From Candidatus Krumholzibacteriia bacterium (lineage in GTDB: Bacteria > Krumholzibacteriota > Krumholzibacteriia > WVZY01), in NCBI GenBank assembly GCA_036478295.1, contig JAZGDW010000052.1, forward strand, positions 1 to 28,493: 28,493 nucleotides of DNA. Reading direction: 5' to 3'. Within the stretch, counting starts at the first letter, position 1. Every line of letters starts with the position of its first letter. The notes beneath the pieces are model-generated. The model was not told the DNA's origin. It searched no databases and saw nothing but the letters and a program-made list of their open reading frames with translations. Below are positions 7,325-16,056 of this stretch, piece after piece. Position numbers and translations under genes: made by a program.

Positions 7325-9040
7325 ATGACTTCGACTTCCAGCCGGGGTATCATCCTCGGTCTATTTTTGACAACGCTCGTCTTCCACATGGCCGTGGCAT
7401 GGCAGGATTTCGACGTGCTGGCCAAGAACGGGTTCCTCTACGACGACGCCTTCTACGCATTCAAGATCGCCGCGAACATTGCCCATGGCCAGGGCATGAC
7501 ATTTGACGGCGTGACACCGACCAACGGTTTTCAGCCCCTGTACGTGTTTCTGCTGGTGCCCATATTCTGGGCGAGCGGCGCCAATCTCACGACGCCCGTC
7601 TACGGTGCGCTGTCGCTGGCGGCGTTGCTCACTGCGTTCAGCGCGGTGCTTCTCTTCAAACTGCTCAGGCGCTACGTCGGCCAAAAGGCTGCGCTCGTGG
7701 CCTCGGTTCTGTGGGCGTTTTCACCGGTCGTGACGCGGCAGGCAGCAAATGGCCTCGAAACGGCGCTCGCGCTTCTTCTGTTCGCCGCCTGCGTGTACTT
7801 CTACGTCAACCGCATTCGCCCGGTCGACCGGCCGCCGCGCAAGGACTTTCTAATCATGGGACTCCTCCTGGGACTTGCCGTGCTGGCGAGAGTGGATGCG
7901 GTTCTTGTCGCGCTGGCCATCCTGGTGGACTACCTGTTGCTCTTGCGGCGTCGTCGCGCGGGTGTGCGCGCGCTGCTCGACGTGGGGGTCGGGGTGGCGG
8001 CGGGCGTCATCCTGTACGGCCCGTGGCTGTTGGTCAGTGCGATCGGGACTGGGAGCCTTTTGCAGGACAGTGGTGCGGCTACACGTTTTATCTCCGTCGC
8101 GTACGCGCCGCTGTTCAATATCGGCCAATCGGAGATGCTGTCGACCGGCCCCAACGCCACGTTCATCTGGGAACATTTCATGCACGCGCTCGCCGTTCTG
8201 AAAGCTGCCCCGCCCGTGCACGTCGTGTTCCGCGGGGTGGAGAAGGCCGGGATCGCGTTGGGCGCCAGAGGCGCTTTTCAGATTGTCGCCCACCTGGTGG
8301 CCGTTTTGCTCTCCGGGTTGTTTGCGTATCTTATTTTCTGGCCCCAGCGCCGTGGCCCCGCCCGCGCCATCGGCGAACTGCGGTTTCTGATGATCGTGGT
8401 TGTGGGGCTGATATCGGCGTACTCCGCTTATGTGTTCGGCCTGTTCTTCTTTACGCGCTATCTCTACCCGGTCTATTTTATTGCCTGCGTGTACGCCGCC
8501 TTTCTTATCGAGATGCTGACCGGCTGGCTGGGCCGGCAAGCGGTTGTCGCGCGTTCCCTCACCGTTGCACTCCTGCTGGTGTACGGGTGTGGATTTGCGT
8601 ACATGGCCTACGCGATCGTCTTTCGCAGTTCGCGCATGTATTATTTCTATGACGCGGCGCAGTGGGTCAACGAGCACACGGACCGTGAGGAAAAGATCGG
8701 CGTGTTCCAGGGAGGCATGGTCGGTTATTTCGCGGATCGCAAAGTGATCAACCTCGACGGCAAGGTCAACCGCCACGCACTCGACGCGCTCAGAAACCAT
8801 CAACTGTCGGCCTACCTGGAAAGAGAGGGCATTGATGTCATCCTGGACAGCTCCAACGTCCTGGATTTGTTTCTCTTCGATCCGGGCACGGGGCGTGCGC
8901 CCGGTCACATTTCTCTCGAAAAAATCATGCACGGCGCACGCGATGGTATCCCCGGCTGGGCGGCCTATCGTATCCACCCCTGGGATGGGGGGGGCACCGG
9001 CTCCGTTCCCACCACGCCACGTTCTTCCTCTGTCCATTGA
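7325..9040 (+). CDS. GT-C-fold (ArnT/PMT-like) membrane glycosyltransferase
   Basis: Acidic DD pair after TM1 (YDDAFYAFKIAANIAHGQGMTFDG..TNGFQPL), NGLET, LARVD and RY motifs, about 11-13 TM segments and a C-terminal soluble domain (G.VGYF....INLDG.VN). Confidence 0.78.
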   Translation: MTSTSSRGIILGLFLTTLVFHMAVAWQDFDVLAKNGFLYDDAFYAFKIAANIAHGQGMTFDGVTPTNGFQPLYVFLLVPIFWASGANLTTPVYGALSLAALLTAFSAVLLFKLLRRYVGQKAALVASVLWAFSPVVTRQAANGLETALALLLFAACVYFYVNRIRPVDRPPRKDFLIMGLLLGLAVLARVDAVLVALAILVDYLLLLRRRRAGVRALLDVGVGVAAGVILYGPWLLVSAIGTGSLLQDSGAATRFISVAYAPLFNIGQSEMLSTGPNATFIWEHFMHALAVLKAAPPVHVVFRGVEKAGIALGARGAFQIVAHLVAVLLSGLFAYLIFWPQRRGPARAIGELRFLMIVVVGLISAYSAYVFGLFFFTRYLYPVYFIACVYAAFLIEMLTGWLGRQAVVARSLTVALLLVYGCGFAYMAYAIVFRSSRMYYFYDAAQWVNEHTDREEKIGVFQGGMVGYFADRKVINLDGKVNRHALDALRNHQLSAYLEREGIDVILDSSNVLDLFLFDPGTGRAPGHISLEKIMHGARDGIPGWAAYRIHPWDGGGTGSVPTTPRSSSVH

Positions 9041-9126
9041 TCGCCTGGCGCAGCTGCTAGCGCCAACCGGCATGCTGGAGGCGGCCGCGGTGCCGGGCGA
9101 AGCAACTACGAAGATCAACTAATCAA

Positions 9127-10107
9127 CTATAAGAGCACTTCGAGGTTGTGCCGCAGGGGGTTGGGGGAGCGCGTGCCACACAATACCGGCAGGACCCGTT
9201 TGCGAACCGTGATCTCGAGGACGGGCGGTGTGATCTCGATCAGCTCACCGTCGATATGCATGGGGTGTTCCCCTTTCGTCTCGATGGTGAGCCGCTCCGT
9301 GCGCAGCATTCGCACTTCGGACCGGCGAACGTGCCTGCCGCGAAAGGTCCCCGGCAGCATCGCCACAACTCGCGGCCACCTCATCGGGTCCACGATGCAC
9401 ACGTCGATGAGCCCGTCGTCCGGACAGGCGTCGGGCGTCAGGTGAAAGGAGCCGCCGGTGCGGCTGCCGTTGCCGATGCTTACCATAAGGCGCTCACCGT
9501 TGATGCGCTCACCGTCCGCCAGGGTCAGTTCGTAGTACGGGCAGGCCAGTGACGAGAGCGTCTTGAAGACCGCAACCAGGTAAAGCGGGGGACCGTGGAT
9601 GCCGCGAATGCCGTGGCTGCGCTGGTTCACCTGACCCTCGAAACCGAGACCGGCACTGTTGACGCAGAAACGGTTACCGAAATCGAGCACGTCGACGCGC
9701 GCCCCGCGCCGGTTGCGCAGCACGTCGGCGAATCCCCGTGGATTCTGCGGGCAATCGAAAAGACTTGCGAAGTCGTTGCCCGTGCCGCAGGGCAGGATGG
9801 CGATGGGTACGGGGTGCGGCATCAGACCGTTGACCACTTCATGGACCGTTCCGTCTCCACCGATGATACCCACGACATCGGCGCCTCCGGCCAGCTCGCG
9901 CGCCAGCCGTACCCCGTCGCCGGGACACCGCGTCAAGGCGACCGACACGTCGAGGCCCGGCGTGGGCGCCTGCGCCCGAAATGCCTCGATGAGGTTGCGG
10001 CCGCGCCCGCGGCCGGCCTGTGGATTGCCAATTACGCGCACTTTCATCAGCGACGGATGGTGACTGGGCACCCGGCGGGCCGGTGACGCCACCATAGAGC
10101 CCAGCAT
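9127..10107 (-). CDS. Diacylglycerol-kinase-family (YegS/BmrU/DgkB-like) lipid kinase
   Basis: Motifs NPQAGRG, GGDGTVHEVVNG, LPCGTGNDFA, GNG...GG, PDDGLID and HIDGE. The true start may be ATG 10047 (MKVRVIGNP). Confidence 0.9.
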   Translation of the reverse strand: MLGSMVASPARRVPSHHPSLMKVRVIGNPQAGRGRGRNLIEAFRAQAPTPGLDVSVALTRCPGDGVRLARELAGGADVVGIIGGDGTVHEVVNGLMPHPVPIAILPCGTGNDFASLFDCPQNPRGFADVLRNRRGARVDVLDFGNRFCVNSAGLGFEGQVNQRSHGIRGIHGPPLYLVAVFKTLSSLACPYYELTLADGERINGERLMVSIGNGSRTGGSFHLTPDACPDDGLIDVCIVDPMRWPRVVAMLPGTFRGRHVRRSEVRMLRTERLTIETKGEHPMHIDGELIEITPPVLEITVRKRVLPVLCGTRSPNPLRHNLEVLL

Positions 10108-10169
10108 AGGGAAGCCCCCCGGTCCGGTACAGGTCTATCTTGCCGCCCCGTGCCGGCGGTCGGGCTTTC

Positions 10170-10198
10170 TTGACTCCGGCCCCCGCCCTTTCTATAAT
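10170..10198 (+). promoter_or_regulatory. Near-consensus sigma70 promoter
   Basis: TTGACT (10170-10175), 17-nt spacer, TATAAT (10193-10198), 9 nt upstream of ATG 10208. Confidence 0.75.
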
Positions 10199-10207
10199 CC
10201 CCACAGC

Positions 10208-11431
10208 ATGAAGATCGGGTATATCGCGTCACACATTTATCTCCATACCTTCGAGATCAACGAGGCCAGCGAGTTGGTTCGCCAGCACCCGGGCGCCCGC
10301 GTTTATTCGTTCTATCGACCTCGTGGCAGTCAATTGCAGAAACAACGCGCCGCCGAGATCGACGGCGACATCGTCAGTTGGACGTTCGGCTCCATATTGA
10401 AGAGCCTGGGTGTTGTGCGGCGGCATCCGATCGGTTTTCTCAAGGCGGCGATGGCCCTGTCGTATCATTCGTTGGCCAACCCCGTCTACTGGGTGAAGAA
10501 TTTCATTGCGTTTCTCATCGCGCTGCCGATTCTGGACGATGCGGAGCGTCACGGGGTGACCCACCTGCACGCGAACTTCGGGTCATCACCGGCCACCATC
10601 GCCTGGTTGGGCCGCCGGGTCCTGGGCACAGGCATGTCGGTCACCTATCACGCGTTCGATATATATTCGAACGCGTCCGTGTCTCGCGATCCGCTCAAAA
10701 GGCAGAAGCTCCTGGACGCGGACCTGGTTGTGTCGGTGCACGAGGACGGCAGACAGGTGCTGCAGCGTATCGCACCCGAGGCCGACGGCGACAAGTTTCG
10801 CGTCATTCGCATCTGTGTGGTGTTCGAGCCCGAGGCGAAGACGGAACCCCTGCCGGAACCTCCGCTGCTGCTGGCCGCGGGCAACCTGGTGCCCAAGAAG
10901 GGATTCGACGTCCTGGTCCGCGCGGTCGGAGTCCTGAAACGCCGCGGCGTGCCGGTGAGGCTGCGGTTCCTCGGGGAAGGCGAACAGCGGCGGGTCCTTG
11001 AGGGGCTGATACGCGAGCAGGGCGTGCGCGACCGTGTGGAGCTGCGCGGGTATTTTCAGCACAAGGAGCTGGCCGAACATCTGGCCGACGCCGCTGCGTT
11101 TGTCGTACCATCGCTGGTCACGAGGGAAGGTCAGCGGGACGGCATCCCCACGGTGGGGGTGGAGGCCTGGCTTTCGCGCACTCCTGTAATCGCGTCCCTG
11201 GTAGGTGGTATGGGTGAGGTCATCAAGAACGATGAGACCGGGCTGGTGTTTCCCCCCGGTGACTCCGACGCCCTGGCCGAAGCGGTGATTCGGCTGTTGA
11301 ATTCACCGGAGCTGCAGGGCACTATCGTCGCCGGCGGGCACCGGATGGCGCAGGAACTTTTTTCGTCGCGCAAGAACGTGTCGAGTTTGTTGGATGAAAT
11401 AAGGAGTCGCCGCTCTGCGCCGACGGCATGA
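10208..11431 (+). CDS. Glycosyltransferase family 4 (WcaL/AmsK-like)
   Basis: TF..NE, HLHANF (HAHF-like), TYHAFDIY, GNLVPKKGF, GEGE.R, and RDGIPTVGVEA (D/E-x7-E) GT-B motifs. Confidence 0.9.
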   Translation: MKIGYIASHIYLHTFEINEASELVRQHPGARVYSFYRPRGSQLQKQRAAEIDGDIVSWTFGSILKSLGVVRRHPIGFLKAAMALSYHSLANPVYWVKNFIAFLIALPILDDAERHGVTHLHANFGSSPATIAWLGRRVLGTGMSVTYHAFDIYSNASVSRDPLKRQKLLDADLVVSVHEDGRQVLQRIAPEADGDKFRVIRICVVFEPEAKTEPLPEPPLLLAAGNLVPKKGFDVLVRAVGVLKRRGVPVRLRFLGEGEQRRVLEGLIREQGVRDRVELRGYFQHKELAEHLADAAAFVVPSLVTREGQRDGIPTVGVEAWLSRTPVIASLVGGMGEVIKNDETGLVFPPGDSDALAEAVIRLLNSPELQGTIVAGGHRMAQELFSSRKNVSSLLDEIRSRRSAPTA

Positions 11432-11443
11432 TGTAAAGTGAAC

Positions 11444-11469
11444 TGCGGCGGCTCGCGCCGCAACTCTTT
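11444..11469 (+). terminator. Possible weak terminator or mRNA-stabilising hairpin
   Basis: TGCGGCG-gctcg-CGCCGCA (7-bp stem) followed by ACTCTTT, 12 nt after the GT4 stop. The U-tract is poor. Confidence 0.3.
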
Positions 11470-11517
11470 CAATCGCCAGTCACAGCGCCACCGCCAGGTC
11501 AGCGTAGCGATCGAGTA

Positions 11518-13305
11518 ATGAAGAGAATACTTGCGATATTTTTCTGTGGGATGCTGCTCGCGCCGATCGCCGGCCGCTGCCAGTGGGCGCGCTACGACAA
11601 CAATGCCGATATCCGTGCGTTTTTTCAAGACGGCGATACGTTGTGGGTCGGCACGAACGGCGGTGTCGTGCTCGTCGACCTCTTGACCGAGACGGTGGCG
11701 CGCAAGATTACGGCGGGTGCGCTCCTGCCCAGCAATTCCGTTCGCGCCATCGCCGGCCGCGGCGACTCGATATACGTCGGTACGGATCACGGACTCTCTA
11801 TTTTCGATGGCGGGAAGACGTTCGTTCACACGCCCAAAGAGGCCGTGTTTTTCGAGCAAATTCGAAGCATCAGTTACTCACCCGATGGAAAGGTCTATCT
11901 GGGTACCTTCGGGTACGGCGTGGGGGTTATCCACGGCGCCACCCTGCGCCAACTCACCAAGGTCGATTCGCTCCTGGACGACAAGGTCTACGCGGTCGCC
12001 CCGCTCGACTCGGGCGACGTGTATTACGCGACCTCGCTCGGGCTCTGTGCCTACTTGGACAGCTTGTGGGTGGGCTTTCAGGCGGGTGCCGGCCTGCCGC
12101 GTGGCGAGGTGAAGACCCTCATCCACATCGGCGATGGGCGTTTTTACTCGTTGATCGCGGGGCGGGGCATTTACCGGTTCAAAGACGGGCGGTCGGTGCG
12201 AATCCGCCTGCGGGATACCTTTCCCGACAACGAGGTGGCGGCGATAACGGTGGCCAAGGACGGTTTGTGGGCCGGTGGCCGCTACGGCGGCATCGCCCGT
12301 TACCGCAACGGCACGTGGACGCAGTACGGCGAGGCCGACGAGGAGATCGCGCGGGCGCGGTGGCGAAGCGCGTACGCGTCGCCGGAAGGGGTCGTCTACC
12401 TGGGGTCGGCGGATGGGCTGCTGGCAATCATCAAGGACGGCGCTGTCAGGAAACTGACCATTCCATCGGTACTTCCTTCGGGGTACGTCGGTCCGATGGC
12501 CCAGGGCGCCGACGGCCGGATATTCATGATGAACGGCTCGTACCTCATCTCTTCTAACGGCACGGGCGGGGGGTTCACGCGGGAGACGAATATTGGTTCG
12601 ATATTTGCGATGGCGGTGTCGCCGGCCGGCCGGGTGTGGGCGTGCACCCCGTGGGGTCTGCTACGAAACGACGGTGCGCAGTGGACGGAGATCCGTCCGG
12701 AAATAGAACCACAAGCGCCTGTCTTTATGTCACTTGCTTTTGAACCATCGGGGATGATGTGGTTGGGAGGGCACCATGGTCAGCTCTACCGCTACGACGG
12801 GCGACTCTGGGTTCGGTATGCGGTCGGCCTCGCGGCGGGTCCGATTCACCGTGTGGCGGTGGACGCCATGCGCAATGTTTGGGCGATTTCACGCTCGGAA
12901 GGTGTTTTCCGGTTCGACGGGCGTGAGTGGGAAACGTTCGGCGCGGCCCAGTTCAATTCGTTGGCGATTGAGGACGCCGTCCTCGATCCCTCCGGGACGT
13001 TGCTGGTCATAACTTCTGATATGATATGGCAATACGGTGATGATGGGTGGAGGAAAACGCAGGCACCGGTCGACCGCAGCATCGGAGACTACCGGTCACT
13101 CTACTTCGACCCCCTGGGTCGGATGTACCTCGGTACCAGTACGGGGCTGGCGGTGACCACGCGGGAAGGGACCCGGTGGTTCGGGTCCAGGGACGGGCTC
13201 GGCGGTCGCGACGTGACCAGCCTGCTGCTGGACAGGGAGGGTGCTCTATGGGTAGGGTTCCTCCGGGATGGTATGTCCCGGATTTCAGTGGAAAACCTCT
13301 GGTAG
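11518..13305 (+). CDS. Secreted beta-propeller repeat protein (Reg_prop / PorZ-N-like), stand-alone
   Basis: Signal peptide (..IAGRC|QW) and roughly 14 repeats of about 40 aa of the type L....V..I..D..G.LWVGT..GL..(F/Y)DG..W. No TM anchor, kinase or CTD at the C-terminus. Confidence 0.8.
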   Translation: MKRILAIFFCGMLLAPIAGRCQWARYDNNADIRAFFQDGDTLWVGTNGGVVLVDLLTETVARKITAGALLPSNSVRAIAGRGDSIYVGTDHGLSIFDGGKTFVHTPKEAVFFEQIRSISYSPDGKVYLGTFGYGVGVIHGATLRQLTKVDSLLDDKVYAVAPLDSGDVYYATSLGLCAYLDSLWVGFQAGAGLPRGEVKTLIHIGDGRFYSLIAGRGIYRFKDGRSVRIRLRDTFPDNEVAAITVAKDGLWAGGRYGGIARYRNGTWTQYGEADEEIARARWRSAYASPEGVVYLGSADGLLAIIKDGAVRKLTIPSVLPSGYVGPMAQGADGRIFMMNGSYLISSNGTGGGFTRETNIGSIFAMAVSPAGRVWACTPWGLLRNDGAQWTEIRPEIEPQAPVFMSLAFEPSGMMWLGGHHGQLYRYDGRLWVRYAVGLAAGPIHRVAVDAMRNVWAISRSEGVFRFDGREWETFGAAQFNSLAIEDAVLDPSGTLLVITSDMIWQYGDDGWRKTQAPVDRSIGDYRSLYFDPLGRMYLGTSTGLAVTTREGTRWFGSRDGLGGRDVTSLLLDREGALWVGFLRDGMSRISVENLW

Positions 13306-13318
13306 TTGATGCATCATG

Positions 13319-13503
13319 TTACTACGCTGGCCTGGCGGCGGCGTAGTAAGCGGCGATTGGAGCCGACACCGAGAGTCGGCGCGGCTTTAGACCCCGCACC
13401 CGCCGGCCTGACGGCGGTACCGTACCCTGCGGAGAGGGGAGGTAGAGTTCGACCGGACTGGACGCGTTTTCCAGTCCAGTAGACCGTACAAACGAACTGC
13501 TAC
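13319..13503 (+). ncRNA. Candidate structured cis-acting RNA (unassigned)
   Basis: Four consecutive stem-loop units in a 282-nt intergenic gap (detailed in findings). No match to an RNA family I can recognise. The strand is assumed from the flanking genes. Confidence 0.3.
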
Positions 13504-13587
13504 GAAGTGTTTTGTGTTTTGTGGCAAGAATGCGCGTGATAGCTTCACCTGCTTTGTGATCAACCGTTCTTCGCGGGGAGAAAGTCC

Positions 13588-14868
13588 ATGTGGCAGTTCG
13601 TGTTTTGGGTGTCTTTGGGAGCCGTTCTCTACTCCTATATCGGTTATCCCCTTATCCTCTACATCATCCACAAGCTGAAGATTCGCGTGCAGCATAGCTA
13701 CGAGCATAGCTACGACGAAGGCGAAACACCGTCGCTGTGCCTCATTATTTCCGCCTTCAACGAAGAAAAGATAATCCGTAAGAAGATCGAGAACAGTCTG
13801 AGTCTCGACTATCCCAGGCATCTTCTTTCGATTCTCGTCGGCTCCGACGGCTCAGATGACCAGACACGGTCGATCACCGAGGATTACGCGGCACACGGGG
13901 TCAAGCTGTACCACTGGCCGAAGCGGGCCGGCAAGAGCGCGGTCCTGAACCAGGTGGTCAGCCAGCTGACTGACGAGATCATTGTCTTTACGGACGCCAA
14001 TTCGCTCTTTGCGGAAGACGCCCTGCGAAAGATCGTTCGTCATTTTCACGATCCCAAGATCGGGTGCGTCGTGGGGAAGCTCTGCTACGTGGACCGCCAC
14101 ACCACCTCGGTCGGCAAGGGAGAAGGGCTGTACTGGAAGTACGAGGCCAAACTGAGCGGCCTGGAGAGCGACTTGCAGAGCGTTCTCGTGGCGAACGGGT
14201 CGATTTTCGGCATCCGCCGGGAGCTCTTTCCCGAGCTCTACCCGGAGGTCGCCAACGATTTCCAGATACCCGTCGATATCGCGAGCCGGAACTACGGGAT
14301 CATCTACGAGCCGGAAGCGGTTGCGATCGAGCGATCGACGATTTTCTGGCAGGAGGAGTACCAGCGTAAGACCCGCATCATCCTGCGGGGTCTCACCGGC
14401 TTCATGAAGCTGCGGAAAAAGTTCACGGGACTCAGGCTGTGGCAGTTCTTTTCTCACAAATTACTGCGCTGGTTCATCGGACCGCTGCTCTTCATAAACC
14501 TGTTTGCCAACGCCGTACTGGCGAACACGTCGGCCTTTTTCATGTGGCTCCTGGGGCTGCAGGTCGTCTTTTACCTGGCGGCGCTCAACGGCTGGCGTTT
14601 GAGAAGAGCGAGGAAGCCCCACCCTGTGTTTTACCTGCCGTTCTATTTTACCATGGTGAATCTGGCCGCAGTCATGGCCATTGCGAAGTTCATCGGCGGC
14701 GAACGGACGAGGGTGTGGGAAAAAGCGGAGAGTGCCCGCTTCGCGCCGACCGGTGTAAGCGGTGGATACGCGGTAACGGGTTTAAAGCAAGAGCCCGTCG
14801 GCACGTCCGCCCCGATACGGGAGCGCGCGGAGGCAGTCTCGCAGCCCGACAGCGTTGCAAAACCCTAG
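13588..14868 (+). CDS. Glycosyltransferase family 2 (CESA-like, membrane-associated)
   Basis: N-terminal TM (YSYIGYP), ISAFNEE, LDYP, SDGSDD.T, GK...LN, FTDAN, YWKYE, ANGSIFGIRR, NDF, E..RK.RI, SHKLLRW and C-terminal TMs. SD GGGGAG upstream. Confidence 0.92.
   Translation: MWQFVFWVSLGAVLYSYIGYPLILYIIHKLKIRVQHSYEHSYDEGETPSLCLIISAFNEEKIIRKKIENSLSLDYPRHLLSILVGSDGSDDQTRSITEDYAAHGVKLYHWPKRAGKSAVLNQVVSQLTDEIIVFTDANSLFAEDALRKIVRHFHDPKIGCVVGKLCYVDRHTTSVGKGEGLYWKYEAKLSGLESDLQSVLVANGSIFGIRRELFPELYPEVANDFQIPVDIASRNYGIIYEPEAVAIERSTIFWQEEYQRKTRIILRGLTGFMKLRKKFTGLRLWQFFSHKLLRWFIGPLLFINLFANAVLANTSAFFMWLLGLQVVFYLAALNGWRLRRARKPHPVFYLPFYFTMVNLAAVMAIAKFIGGERTRVWEKAESARFAPTGVSGGYAVTGLKQEPVGTSAPIRERAEAVSQPDSVAKP
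13691..13714 (+). repeat. Perfect 12-bp tandem duplication within the GT2 gene
   Basis: AGCATAGCTACG x2, in frame, encoding HSYE/HSYD. Confidence 0.85.
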
Positions 14869-16054
14869 GTCTACAATGTTATTCATCGTTAAAACGCTGG
14901 TTCGGTGGCGCAAGTTTATCATCTGGGCGGGAATAGGCACCGCCGCGGTCATGGCCGGGGTGAGTTTTTTCTTGCCGAAATGGTACCGCGCGACCACATC
15001 GGTTTTTCCCCCCGAAACCCAGGCGATGCTGCCGTTTTATGCCGATGTGGTGCAGAGCCTGCAGCTGCCGATTTTCGGACCCAGCGCGATCGGCTCGCGG
15101 CCGAACACCATCTATATCGATATCCTGCAGAGCCGCACCGTGGGCGAGCAGATTGTCAACGAGTTCGATCTCAAACAATCCTACGGTACCTCACTGTTGT
15201 CCGAGACGATTGCGCAGCTGCAGTCTCACACCTCGTACTCGCTGCTGGAGAACGGCCTCCTGATTATCAGCTTCGAGGATCGGGACCCGGACCGGGCCGC
15301 CGCCGTCACCAACAGGTATGTGGAACTGCTAGACCAGTTCAACCAGCATGTCAATATCACGCGGGCTTCGAAGACCAAGGAGTTCATCGCCGAGCAGATG
15401 GATATACACTCCGAGATACTGAGGCGGGCGGAGGACTCGCTGAGAGCGTTCCAGGAACAGCACCAGGCGCTGGCGCTCAGCGAGCAGATTCGATCTGCCA
15501 TAGAGGTGGTATCGGGAATGACGGCGGAGGCGATCAAGCTCGAAGTCGAACTGGAGATTCTGCAAGAGTACACTTCCGGCAGCTCGGAGGAGTACACCCG
15601 TACAAAGAAACGATACGATGGGTTGGTGGACCAGCTGAAGAAATTCAAGATCAGCGACGAACGTGACGCTGACGACCCCATCCGGTCGTTTTTTCCCTCC
15701 TTTGAAGAGGTGCCGGAGATAGCGCTGGACCTGGCCCGGATGACGCGGCGGGTCAAGATCGAGGAAAAGGTCTACGAGCTACTTATCACGGAGTACGAGA
15801 AAGCCCGCATCGAGGAAGCGCGGGACACGCCCACCGTTCAGGTTCTGGACGAGGCGGTGATTCCCGAGCTTCGCAGCCGGCCCAAGCGCAAGACGCTCGT
15901 GCTGCTGGGTGGCATCCTGGGCCTGGGTTGGAGTTCGCTACTCGTCGTCTTTGTATCGGCCTGGCGTGACGGCGAGAGCCGTAGCGGCCGGATACGCGAA
16001 GTGCTGGGGCCGCTCGTGGACGACTTCAAGCGAGTTTTGCGTAAGAACACCTGA
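14855..16054 (+). CDS. Wzz/GumC-like polysaccharide co-polymerase (chain-length determinant), no kinase domain
   Basis: TM1 followed by LPKWY.AT..V.PP, ILQSR, a long periplasmic coiled coil, VQVLDEA..PE.RSRPKR and TM2. No Walker A. Start is TTG 14855 or ATG 14876. Confidence 0.88.
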   Translation: MQNPRSTMLFIVKTLVRWRKFIIWAGIGTAAVMAGVSFFLPKWYRATTSVFPPETQAMLPFYADVVQSLQLPIFGPSAIGSRPNTIYIDILQSRTVGEQIVNEFDLKQSYGTSLLSETIAQLQSHTSYSLLENGLLIISFEDRDPDRAAAVTNRYVELLDQFNQHVNITRASKTKEFIAEQMDIHSEILRRAEDSLRAFQEQHQALALSEQIRSAIEVVSGMTAEAIKLEVELEILQEYTSGSSEEYTRTKKRYDGLVDQLKKFKISDERDADDPIRSFFPSFEEVPEIALDLARMTRRVKIEEKVYELLITEYEKARIEEARDTPTVQVLDEAVIPELRSRPKRKTLVLLGGILGLGWSSLLVVFVSAWRDGESRSGRIREVLGPLVDDFKRVLRKNT

Positions 16055-16056
16055 TC

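Noticed and set aside
8987..8994. G8 tracts in the GT-C gene and in the PDZ gene (18047-18054) as phase-variation switches
   Set aside because: Short and in frame, encoding Gly runs. The GT-C tract is at the extreme C-terminus, where slippage would matter little.
7850..9118. 422-aa antisense ORF, and similar ones at 6293-7264, 16369-17217, 17639-18559, 20273-21247 and 24239-25162
   Set aside because: Typical stop-poor antisense frames of GC-rich genes, with no recognisable domains.
9103..9129. ATCAACTA x2 plus a third CAACTA at the kinase stop
   Set aside because: Too short and too few for an array or target-site duplication; no adjacent mobile element.
13381..13460. Resemblance to ops (GGCGGTAC versus GGCGGTAG), a tRNA T-loop (GTTCGA) or a c-di-GMP-I riboswitch (GGGTCTAA on the minus strand)
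   Set aside because: Only isolated partial words match; the required flanking stems and conserved motifs are missing.
13309..13482. 57-aa ORF (MHHVTTLAWRRRSKRR...) across the structured gap, in frame after the propeller stop
   Set aside because: No SD, no coding-like composition and not CTD-like. It cannot be fully excluded as a leader peptide.
13522..13537. TGGCA...GC as a sigma54 promoter
   Set aside because: The GG-N10-GC spacing is not satisfied.
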